A stretch of DNA of 64,000 nt from Tubiluchus corallicola (Eukaryota > Animalia > Priapulida). A model generated the notes under the pieces. It saw only the letters and a list, made by a program, of their open reading frames with translations, searched no databases and was not told the origin of the DNA. Shown here piece after piece: positions 38,297 to 50,500 of this stretch. How positions within the stretch are numbered: the first letter of the stretch is position 1; each line of letters starts with the position of its first letter. Location of the stretch: positions 682,001-746,000 of the forward strand of contig JAQGDQ010002371.1 in assembly GCA_030141605.1 (NCBI GenBank), read 5' to 3'. A program made the translations under genes and the position numbers.

Positions 38297-41200
38297 AAGT
38301 AATCTATTTCTACTTTGCATTATGTGAAAATAAAACAGCCTTTGACAACTGGAGTCAAGTTTTTATTTACTGAGAATAGTTAGGTTACTTGTAGATTCGG
38401 ATATAAAAATTCTGTCAGGTACAGTCAAAGACTTCAATTTTACGGTATTCTTGTGTCGCCAAATTGTCATTATCTGCAATTATGAAACTTGTTTTACATA
38501 ATGTACATTACTGAGTAAACAACATAAACAGCATTTCCTTGTGTGCATTATACTCTGCATGTCGGTATGGCACCATATTGAAAGATTAAGTTGTAAAAAT
38601 GTGATATATTAATTAGTTTTTATATGACCAACATTGAACTCTGATAGCTAATGCATTGATATTGACATGCTAGTCTGAATTTTTTTTGTTGTTGTCTTCA
38701 TCAGTCAAGTTCGGATTATTTCAGTGTAATGTCATGTCTTATCATCAACACCATGTGAACAATTTCTTCAAATTTGTTTATTTGGTTTTCATATGTGTGC
38801 TCAACAAACCAAAACTGTCCATAAGTTGGCATAGTTCAAGCTATGTTACAATGACTCAAAATAACATGTAGAAAAATTGGGTCAATATCAGTTATTTTTA
38901 CAAAAATAAACGCTAAATTTACTGGGCTTCATAACTGTAACTGCAGTGTTCTTTTACAAAGTCCACTTTTAGCAACCACTTTTCCATACGTTGATAGTGT
39001 TTTTGTAGAAATGTGACAAAAAAATGGCAAACTTCAGGACCGCTTTTGTCAAAATAATGTTTTTCATGATGCAGCATGCACCTCAACGTTGACATCTGTG
39101 CTTAGAAATAATGTAGAGTAATGGCCAATGAGCTAGGTATCAAAGTGGAAAATCAGGAAGTGTGAATAACTAGGAATGCCTACCTGCCGACTTATGGACG
39201 TTTTTCCTATGCAAACAGGATTGTGAACAAGTCAGTAGTTGATACCTTATATGCATAGTCTCATCAACAGAAACCAATGCATATAGTGTTGCATAGCCTG
39301 GTTAATTTTTTCCTGGCCAGTTTGTTACTAAACAGTGTATGTCTTTCTCTAAGCAACATACCACATTAAAGGTGTATGTATGAAACATCAGTGTTGAGGT
39401 TAAAATTATCACTCCTGTTCATTAGACCTTTGGTTTTGAAATTATTTCTACATGCAGTTATTTTTAATTATTAATCATGTATGTGTATATGGTTAAAAAT
39501 TAGTTTTATTTGATTCATTCTTTTAGATAAAACTGATCTAATAATTAGAAAATTTGTAAATTTAGCAAATAAAAAATGTAATAATTTTCAGTTGAATGAT
39601 GTGGGTTTACTGTGGTAACGACTTTAGGTGAGAAAGCCAATTTTTAATGGCTTCAGTCTTCTAACCAGTAAGAGTGAACATTGTTAAAAATTTAGTGTAG
39701 AAAAATTTTATTCAAATAGTTATAGCTGGAATTGTAGAGTAACCTAGTGGCGCAACAGCTGTCGCTGTGTATGATAACCAGCATTAGCAATCAGTTGAAA
39801 TTTCGATTCAATTGAAAATTATTTCGATCTTAGTTATGTAATGAAATGTCTCATAAAGTGCATTTTACATGTAAACTTTATACTGAGTAACACTCCTGAG
39901 TGAAAGCCCACAAAGTAAATACTGAGATAAGTTCAACATTTATTTGCAGTTGTACAGTGTACAACGTTACCTACGATTACAATTGCAATTCCTGGTAATA
40001 GCACTGCAAAAAGTAGCCCATGTCCAGTGGCTGTTTGTTCCTAGCTGCTTTCTTCAGTAATATTTGGATTTACTTACATTCCATTTCTTTCTTACATGCT
40101 TAGCATTACAGTGGCTGAGTCATCATAATAGAACAGCTAACTACTGTGTAGGCTGCTGGGTGTCAGTGTGGAGAATCTAGGTAACCATTGAAACAGCAAG
40201 GCATGAAAATCATTAAACATGACTAATGAAGGAACATATTTTCGTAATTTAGTGATAAAATACATTTATTACCACTGGTATACTCAATCACTTGAAGCAA
40301 AATGTCTTCATTCGTCTTTAAACATAACTTATCTGGATAAAAACAATCAGTCACAAACCAATTTTTTCTTTTTTTTATATAGCAAATAAACTTATAAGAA
40401 TCAAAGTCTTCAGTTTACTAAATTGCAAGGAACAACAAGTTTATAGTAACACAGTGTAGAGTGACTATGATGTTAATTTAGTCCCTCAATCCATTACTTT
40501 ATAGCATAACCTAGCAACTCTTAAGCACATTGTTCTAGGAGGGTTTATACTTTCATTCAGGTGCCACAGTCTCTCTATTACTGCTTGAGTTTGCCCACAT
40601 ATAAGTACAGCGAGGGTTCCTAGTGGGACGCCACTTTTTTCCTCGATTTTTATTTTTTCGCAAGACGTGTGCTTGGCACTAAATTCGAAGTGTTTCAATG
40701 CTAGCGAAACACAAATTTATCATACCATTTATAAAACAAGCCTGTTAAAACAAGGCTTCTGAATATTACAAGGAAATTCCAAAGCCCGCTAAGTCTTAGT
40801 CTTAAATAATGTATTTAAACCGTGCTTACAGCAAGCTCTGATATTACAAAATATTGCTTATTATCAGGGAATTTTCTGGCCCCATGATTGTATTTACCCT
40901 GCATATAACGAGCGCGAGTTCCAAAACACTGTGTTATGTGTATCAACTGTCAAGTACAGCACAATCATTCAGATGTGCTGGTGAGTCAACAGCTTAGTAC
41001 AAACGCTGCTGTAATTATAACCTATAGACTGCAGGTAGAATGAAGCGAGCAGGATGAGTCAGAAAAACAACAAGTTTGTCAACGTGTTAGGAAGCTATCA
41101 GATGACAGTAAACAGTCAACTTGACAGCTCCTTAAATAAAGTGTTGCAAATTTAATGTGATGCAGACAACAACGACCAAAGCTGTTCTGCTTTGCAAAAT

Positions 41201-42512
41201 AAATAATTCTGAGACTTTGCAAAGTTTAATTTTTAATAAAAATACCATTTTAAAATAGCACAGTGCTTTTATTTATAATTAAAGGAGTGTAGAGTTAATT
41301 ATTAGACAACGTTTCAGCCCATGATGAAATGCTCATAATCAGTTATACTAAGCCTGTGCAGCTATTTAAATAAAAAAAAAACCAGCTTGCTAGAGTGCAG
41401 AGTTAATTATTAGGCAATGTTTCAGCCCATGATGAAATGCTCATAATCAGTTATACTAAGCCTGTACAGCTATTTAAATAAAAAAACCAGCTATGCTTTC
41501 CGCCCACGCAGACATCCAGGCTCTTGCGCCGTTAACACCCACACAAAGCACTCAAATGTCTGCAAATGTCGCAATGAATGACAGTTGTGGTTTAGAAAAA
41601 CAACTCGCTCAGTACTTTTATGCAGGTATTTATTGCATAAAATACTGCCTCTGTAATAGAAATAATAGAGTTTAGAGTTTACTCTTTCATGATGAAATAT
41701 TTGCTGAACAGTGGCACTCATTAGAAAACTTATGCCAGTCTCAAAAGAAAGTGCTATGTCATCGTTTCATATCAGCCTTATGGGTTTCATTTCTATATAG
41801 CACACCCACTCACTCGGACAATTTGCCTCGGCTATAACGAGACTCTGTTATAGCGAGCAAATTTCGGCAGTCCCTTGAAACTCGTTATAAATGGAATATA
41901 CTCTATTTGTATCTTCCTAGTCAGTAGTGGATTTTAACAGCAAGTCTACCAGGGTCAGTGGACCTTTAATTGATAAAAGACTGTGCTCGATAATGTATTT
42001 TCTTTATCGGCAAAAGGCAGTATAAATTATTAATACTAAAGGGGCATTAGTTTTAAATTCAACTCTTTTTCCTAAGTTGGTTCACATTTTTGTTTTGAGT
42101 TTTTTCCTTTATGTTAATCCCATTACTGCATGCAATTTGGGAGCACATCCACAAGTATAACCAGAAAAGGATCAAAAGTCAAAACCAGTGACTGTGGCAT
42201 CTAGTGAGCCTTCTAATAAAGGCTAATTACAAGTCCAACAATTTATTTTAGTTAAGTATATTCGACTTAAGTCAACGATGTTTACGATATGCATGCCCAT
42301 TAAGCTGATATAATTGTGTTGTATAAATTAAGTTTACTGTCACTCCGATACACATTTTTGTATGTATTAAATACTTAACTTTTATCAGTTGTGCAGAATA
42401 ATCTTTTAGAAAACTGATTTACATGCTTTTGCATTTGAGTAGGAATGTTTGTAACCAATAGTTTTATATTTACAGATACATTTGCAAGTAAAAGTTTTCT
42501 ACCACTGTCAAA

Positions 42513-43184
42513 ATGGATTGGTTATTTGGTCGAAGGAAAACACCAGAAGAAATGCTGAGGCAAAACCAGCGTACCCTCAATAAAGCCATGAGAGAATTAG
42601 ACCGTGAGCGTACAAAAATGGAACAATCAGAAAAGAAGATTATAGCTGATATAAAGAAAATGGCTAAGCAAGGACAAATGGATGCAGTTAAAATAATGGC
42701 AAAGGACCTGGTTCGAACTCGTCGTTATTGTAAAAAATTTATGTTGATGAGAGCAAATATTCAGGCTGTGTCACTCAAAATTCAAACATTGAAATCGACA
42801 AATTCCATGGCTCAAGCTATGAAAGGTGTTACAAAAGCAATGACAAATATGAACAAGCAAATGAAGCTGCCTCAAATTCAAAAGATTATGATGGAATTTG
42901 AAAAGCAGTCTGAAATTATGGATATGAAAGAGGAGATGATGGCTGATGTAATCGATGATGCAATGGGCGATGAGGAAGATGAAGAAGAAAGTGACGCTGT
43001 TGTTGCACAAGTATTGGATGAACTTGGTCTGCAAATGACAGATGAACTTTCCTCACTCCCACAGGCAGCTGGATCACTGAAAGCATCAACACTGCCAGGA
43101 GCACAACAGCCTGTGGCAGCCGGAGGAACTCCTGATGCAGATGATGATCTACAAGCCAGATTAAATAATCTCAGGAGAGAGTGA
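42513..43184 (+). CDS. CHMP2A: CHMP2A copy 2 (A21T variant)
   Basis: Identical protein except GCC to ACC at 42573 (vs 37685). Confidence 0.9.
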   Translation: MDWLFGRRKTPEEMLRQNQRTLNKAMRELDRERTKMEQSEKKIIADIKKMAKQGQMDAVKIMAKDLVRTRRYCKKFMLMRANIQAVSLKIQTLKSTNSMAQAMKGVTKAMTNMNKQMKLPQIQKIMMEFEKQSEIMDMKEEMMADVIDDAMGDEEDEEESDAVVAQVLDELGLQMTDELSSLPQAAGSLKASTLPGAQQPVAAGGTPDADDDLQARLNNLRRE

Positions 43185-45352
43185 AAGTAATCTATTTCTA
43201 CTTTGCATTATGTGAAAATAAAACAGCCTTTGACAACTGGAGTCAAGTTTTTATTTACTGAGAATAGTTAGGTTACTTGTAGATTCGGATATAAAAATTC
43301 TGTCAGGTACAGTCAAAGACTTCAATTTTACGGTATTCTTGTGTCGCCAAATTGTCATTATCTGCAATTATGAAACTTGTTTTACATAATGTACATTACT
43401 GAGTAAACAACATAAACAGCATTTCCTTGTGTGCATTATACTCTGCATGTCGGTATGGCACCATATTGAAAGATTAAGTTGTAAAAATGTGATATATTAA
43501 TTAGTTTTTATATGACCAACATTGAACTCTGATAGCTAATGCATTGATATTGACATGCTAGTCTGAATTTTTTTTGTTGTTGTCTTCATCAGTCAAGTTC
43601 GGATTATTTCAGTGTAATGTCATGTCTTATCATCAACACCATGTGAACAATTTCTTCAAATTTGTTTATTTGGTTTTCATATGTGTGCTCAACAAACCAA
43701 AACTGTCCATAAGTTGGCATAGTTCAAGCTATGTTACAATGACTCAAAATAACATGTAGAAAAATTGGGTCAATATCAGTTATTTTTACAAAAATAAACG
43801 CTAAATTTACTGGGCTTCATAACTGTAACTGCAGTGTTCTTTTACAAAGTCCACTTTTAGCAACCACTTTTCCATACGTTGATAGTGTTTTTGTAGAAAT
43901 GTGACAAAAAAATGGCAAACTTCAGGACCGCTTTTGTCAAAATAATGTTTTTCATGATGCAGCATGCACCTCAACGTTGACATCTGTGCTTAGAAATAAT
44001 GTAGAGTAATGGCCAATGAGCTAGGTATCAAAGTGGAAAATCAGGAAGTGTGAATAACTAGGAATGCCTACCTGCCGACTTATGGACGTTTTTCCTATGC
44101 AAACAGGATTGTGAACAAGTCAGTAGTTGATACCTTATATGCATAGTCTCATCAACAGAAACCAATGCATATAGTGTTGCATAGCCTGGTTAATTTTTTC
44201 CTGGCCAGTTTGTTACTAAACAGTGTATGTCTTTCTCTAAGCAACATACCACATTAAAGGTGTATGTATGAAACATCAGTGTTGAGGTTAAAATTATCAC
44301 TCCTGTTCATTAGACCTTTGGTTTTGAAATTATTTCTACATGCAGTTATTTTTAATTATTAATCATGTATGTGTATATGGTTAAAAATTAGTTTTATTTG
44401 ATTCATTCTTTTAGATAAAACTGATCTAATAATTAGAAAATTTGTAAATTTAGCAAATAAAAAATGTAATAATTTTCAGTTGAATGATGTGGGTTTACTG
44501 TGGTAACGACTTTAGGTGAGAAAGCCAATTTTTAATGGCTTCAGTCTTCTAACCAGTAAGAGTGAACATTGTTAAAAATTTAGTGTAGAAAAATTTTATT
44601 CAAATAGTTATAGCTGGAATTGTAGAGTAACCTAGTGGCGCAACAGCTGTCGCTGTGTATGATAACCAGCATTAGCAATCAGTTGAAATTTCGATTCAAT
44701 TGAAAATTATTTCGATCTTAGTTATGTAATGAAATGTCTCATAAAGTGCATTTTACATGTAAACTTTATACTGAGTAACACTCCTGAGTGAAAGCCCACA
44801 AAGTAAATACTGAGATAAGTTCAACATTTATTTGCAGTTGTACAGTGTACAACGTTACCTACGATTACAATTGCAATTCCTGGTAATAGCACTGCAAAAA
44901 GTAGCCCATGTCCAGTGGCTGTTTGTTCCTAGCTGCTTTCTTCAGTAATATTTGGATTTACTTACATTCCATTTCTTTCTTACATGCTTAGCATTACAGT
45001 GGCTGAGTCATCATAATAGAACAGCTAACTACTGTGTAGGCTGCTGGGTGTCAGTGTGGAGAATCTAGGTAACCATTGAAACAGCAAGGCATGAAAATCA
45101 TTAAACATGACTAATGAAGGAACATATTTTCGTAATTTAGTGATAAAATACATTTATTACCACTGGTATACTCAATCACTTGAAGCAAAATGTCTTCATT
45201 CGTCTTTAAACATAACTTATCTGGATAAAAACAATCAGTCACAAACCAATTTTTTCTTTTTTTTACCTTTTTGACAGGGGAACTATTTATGAGTTGACTT
45301 CATTAAGGAAAAATATAGTCAAAAAACCGATTGATTCAGAAAAACAATTAAA

Positions 45353-46024
45353 CTGGCCGTCTTAACAGCATTATAGGTCCCCGGGCAAACCAGTGCACAG
45401 GGGCTCCTACATAAACAACCACTCACACGAATAAAAATGTAAATGGTCGATAAAATTAAACACATGGTAACTGTATTGGAACTTCCAACATGCTGCACAG
45501 CAATGCTTAATCAACACAATATTTGAACAATATAGTATGAGCCTTGAAAAAACAGAAAAATTGTAAACAAATGTGCATAAATGATACATAACTGGGAAAC
45601 CATACAAATGGAGATGGCACAGTATAAAATTAACATGAATTATTTAGTATTAATCAAGTATATTCAACACAAACATTTGCGAAATTTCTTTGCAGAGAAA
45701 TGCTTTATAACTGGCTTAAAGCCAATGGTCTTCATGATGTCATTTTCAATACACATGAGTGAAACTTAATTCAAACGCTGCTGCCTCAATGTGTTACAAA
45801 GCAGATTTTTTTTAAAAACTTCAGTCTTAAAAATGAAAGTCCTCTAGCATAGTTGGTTACCATCATGCACATGAAAATTCTGAGTGCAATTTCAACATTG
45901 AGAAAAACAGATTTCAATTATTTATTGACAGTAAGTCTCAACTCAACGTAGGTTACCACAGGGCCTCTATGCTCATGGAGCCACCAGGCAACTGCCCAGT
46001 GTGTCCATGCGTTAAGACAGCCCT
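45353..46024. mobile_element. Degenerate hAT-type MITE
   Basis: Termini CTGGCCGTCTTAAC / GTTAAGACAGCCCT (11 of 14 inverted match); flanks CAATTAAA / CAATGAAA (7 of 8 direct match). Confidence 0.6.
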
Positions 46025-46045
46025 CAATGAAAACAAACATATCAC

Positions 46046-47416
46046 TTATAACAATACTCCACTATTGTGATCGACAATTTCATTAAGTTCAGATTCGCTC
46101 ACTAGATGGCGCCTCACAGACGTTGTTCTCGGATAATGCATCTTTGAAGTTTCAAGTCGCAACTTCATCTCCCGTGTGAAAAATCCACACTAGAAAACAC
46201 ATTGCAAGCAAACATATAATCTAGCAATTATTGACATTAGTTTAAACAACCTAAAGGGCAAAAAACAAAGTATAAATTTGAATAATTAAAGATGAATTTT
46301 AATTTTTGAATTTATAACCGTCATGTTCACATCACTTCACTTTCATTATTTTTTAAAATATAAAATGTCAAAATAAAAAATAATGAAGACAGAAATATAG
46401 ACGGTGGTTTAATAACTTTATGCAGTAAGAAATCTTTTTAAACAGTGTTGTTAAAAAAGGGTGTTAACTGTACAAAAAATGATAACATTAATTTTTATCT
46501 TCCACTTGGACATACCTTCCACAACACAGCTATTAAAATTGAGAAGAGCAATGTGGCAGCTCCACATCCAATAACTATATAAACCCAGAATAGCTTGTCT
46601 TGGAGAACTGCCTGCTTTAACTGAGGAAAGACTACTGTAGAAGTCACCTAGAAATAAATAACTTTACTTACTTACAGTTAAAATACTTACTGTAATAGTT
46701 AAAATAGTTAATATACTTAAAGTATTTTAAGAAAAAACGTATTTTGTTTAAAGAAGTATGACTTTAGAACAATGTTTTACAGTAAGTGAAGGCCTAATTA
46801 TATGACATGTATATACAAAATTGTCATTGAGACATGTCAGCAATGTTTACAATCACTCAAAACAAATTTTACCATTCACCAACACTGTGTTGTCTAACAA
46901 ACATTGTCAAAAGCTCAAACACAAATTGAAAATACGAAGGCTTCACACCGCTTTTGCCCTCGTTATTTTCTTGTCAAAACACTTCCTTCTTAAACTAAGT
47001 GCTCTAATCATCGTTATTAACATTGATGTTGCTTACGTTCTCATCTGGGTATAAATCACATAAGTTTTCAAATGAATGGCCAAATAATTAGTGCTATTAT
47101 TATAATATATATACAATATATATATATATATATATCTGCTAATTTACACACACACAAACACTTAAATTAGCAGATATAGCACGTTTTAGTTATTAAAATA
47201 AAATATTATAATCATACTTGTGCACGTTCTTCATTTGTTCCATCTGGCTGAATGGTAACTTCGTTATACTTTTGTAAAAGCTTTACAGTAACATCAGTTA
47301 CTATGTCTGCAGATTCTAAATTATCCTGAAAAACAAAATACATGTTTTGTAGGTCAGTACTGTGCCCATGACCAATACTCAGTGGCCCAGCCTGCTTACT
47401 ATACTAACAAGCAAAC

Positions 47417-47502
<86 letters not shown>

Positions 47503-50500
47503 GTTCACGTTTTAAGCTTGCATTAAGAGAATGCAAGATCCAAGAGAAAACAATTGTCGCAGATAAAATTGCTCATAAGTTTATGAACTGTAATTCTTAT
47601 GAATTTTGGGCCATGATAAAAAGGGAAATTAATTCAAGAATTCCTCTACCCCCTAAAATAGACGAAATTTCAGGCGATAAGGCTATATGTGATATGTGGG
47701 GGAAGCACTACAAAAAGATTTTAAATTCTGCAAATAACGGTGACCTTGCGGCAAAATTAGACTTGAAGTTAGGTAGTAATATGGGTATTGTGAGTTCTTT
47801 CACTGTGAGAGAAGTGCAAGAGGCTATTTCAAAACTATCTCTGCACAAATCGGCTGGAAATGATGCAATTAAATCGGAGCATTTTAGGTATGCTTCACAT
47901 ATGCTGCCAATAGTATTATCACTTTTATTTAGCGCTTGTGTCATACATTGTTTTTTGCCTGATTCTCTAATGCTGTCTGTCACTGTACCGATTGTGAAAG
48001 ACAAAAATAAGGAAATTACAGCCAAAAATAATTATAGGCCAATAGCACTATCCACAGTGTTGAGCAAATTATTAGAAATTTTGTCTTTAAGCAGATACGG
48101 TAACTCAATCCAATCAACACCAAATCAGTTTGGTTACGTGGATGAACTGGGTACCGAAATGTGTTTGTATACCATGAAAGAAGTTATTGACTATTACATT
48201 CAACGCCAGAGTCCAGTACACATATTGTTCTTAGATGCATCTAAAGCTTTTGACCGGGTAAATTACTACAAAATGTTTCTAAAACTGGTCGATACTGATA
48301 TGCCTAACATTATTATAAGATTATTAGCCTTTTACTACTCTCGACAAACCATGTTTGTGAGGTGGGGAAATTTTTGCTCTAGCACATTTAATGTCGCAAA
48401 TGGTGTTCGGCAGGGTGCAAAAATGTCACCCATACTATTTAATTTATATTTCAGAGACTTGAGTTCTGACCTCACATCTACCGGTCTAGGTTGTCAGATA
48501 GGTGGTACTCATATAAATAACCTTATGTTTGCTGATGATGGATGTTTACTAGCATCCACTACCACTGCATTACAAACTTTAGTTGATATGTATGTTGAAT
48601 ACACAAATAGTCATGACATAGTAATAAACGTCGACAAGACTAAACTCATAACAATTACACCCCCCAGTATGTGTGTGTTCAATTTCCGTTCACTTGAGGT
48701 AGCCGGCAAAATAATTATACCGTGTGAAACAGAAAAGTATCTTGGCCATATTATCACCAGTGATAACAAAGATGACATGGATGTTATCAGACAACGAAGT
48801 CTGTTTTGTGCTAGAGTGAACCGTATTCTTAGAAAATTTCATCATTGTTCACCTAATGTCAAAACTCATCTGTTCAACTCTTATTGTAATTCTTTCTACG
48901 GTATGGCCACCTGGCGACATTTTTATAACTACAGTCTCAGCAAACTTAAAGTAGCTCACAATATTTCAAAACGAAAACTTTTCAACTACCCATATGATTA
49001 TAGTTCTAGGACCATTTCAGTAGACCACGACGTTTTATACTTTGATGTAATACATAGGAAAACTGCATACAGTCTATACAGTAGAGTAATGCAAAACCCA
49101 AATCTACTTATAAAGGCGTTGAATAACAGTGACGCATTTTACACTTCAGACATAAGAGACCAGTGGAGGAAAGTGTTAGGTAGAAATTATAAGTGACGAT
49201 TCAGGCTGGACGCATGATATATATATTGTTGCGGCCACGCTTGGTCAAGGTTGACTTTGCGCATGCGCAAGGTCACTTGCTATAAAAGCGGTGAGCACGT
49301 AGGTTACTACGTCTCTGTCGTGCTCACGTCCACCATGTGTGCTGCTCTTTTCAGTGCTTAACAGGATTGTCGTTTGGGGTAGGTACGGCGTAGTTTGAAC
49401 CTGATTATTTATCTTTTGTATTTCTTTCTCTGCACTCCGTCCTAGTGGAATGCAAAGCGCGCCAACGAAAGCTGACTGCTCAGCCGTCTTCGCGGCCCTC
49501 GACCCCCTGGCAGCCCCCAGGGGAGGGCTCCGCAACACTGGTGTCGAAGTTGGGGATAAGAATTCACAGTCGGTCGAAAGGACAAGTCTAAGTGCATGTC
49601 TAGAAACTGCTTCTTGGGCTGATTCCTTAGATTCGTGTTCTGCTTCTTCTGTTAATTTGGCAAACCTAGCTAGCCAGCCTAGCCAAGTGGCCTATTTACC
49701 TTCGTCTGTTCCACGTCCGGTGTCTGTAGGTCACGCTAGCTTTCAAGACTCAGGCCTATCTCGTTCTACAGACCTGAGCAACCTAAATTTTATTTCGCAA
49801 GAAATGCAAAACTTGTCTACGCGCATAAATAATCAGTTTTCACAATTTTCTGAGCTTAGTAATGTTATAGCTCAAAATCAAATGCGGAATGAAGCCCGTT
49901 TAGAAGACCTGTCAAATGTAGTCGCAACACTTACACAGGCTTTTTCTCAGATCGCACCTAATTTTTCGGAGCGTCGCGGCCCAGTGGGGCCTGAACCTGG
50001 CCTTACACTGGTTAGGGAACCGGCTACGGTTCTCACCTGCAACGGTAATGATCCTGAACGTAATGGTTCATTCATTACTACAGATTATGCGCATTCCCAG
50101 CGTCAAAATGCAGAACCGGCTACAGTGCCAAAAAACCCTACTGAACCGGTTACGCGCGTTCGCTTTCAAGCTCAGAGCGACAATGACCTTTCGCGAAATG
50201 ACCCTGATATTTCCACATCTAGGTTCGATTCTCACTTGTCCAGTGGCACAGTAATGGAACAAACTAATTCGTTTTTACCTTTGCAAACAGTTTATAGTAA
50301 TTCTTGCTCGAGTGGGGTTGCTAATAAAGAGTTTAAAGGACTGCTGCCTTATGATGGTGAAACAGTAACCTGGGAAAGCTATCGAGCTCAGTTTGAACTA
50401 CTTAAGCAGATAAACTTATGGAATAACAGAGAAGCCGGGTTGCATTTAGCGTTAAAATTAAAAGGCAAAGCAGTTGGTGTTTTGGAAACGTTACCACCTG

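Larger units (their letters stand above)
35482..45265 (+). repeat. 4888-bp direct tandem duplication containing CHMP2A
   Basis: Copy 1 is ~35482-40369 and copy 2 ~40370-45257; every ORF recurs at +4888; TTTTTTTA is present at all three junctions (35482, 40370, 45258). Confidence 0.97.

Noticed and set aside
47382-47497. Poly-(Ser-Leu) N-terminus on the 604-aa RT ORF
   Set aside because: It is translation of the (TC)n microsatellite from a GTG; not part of the element protein.
49245-49538. 97-aa antisense ORF present in both LTRs
   Set aside because: Duplicated only because the LTRs are; non-ATG start and no domain similarity.
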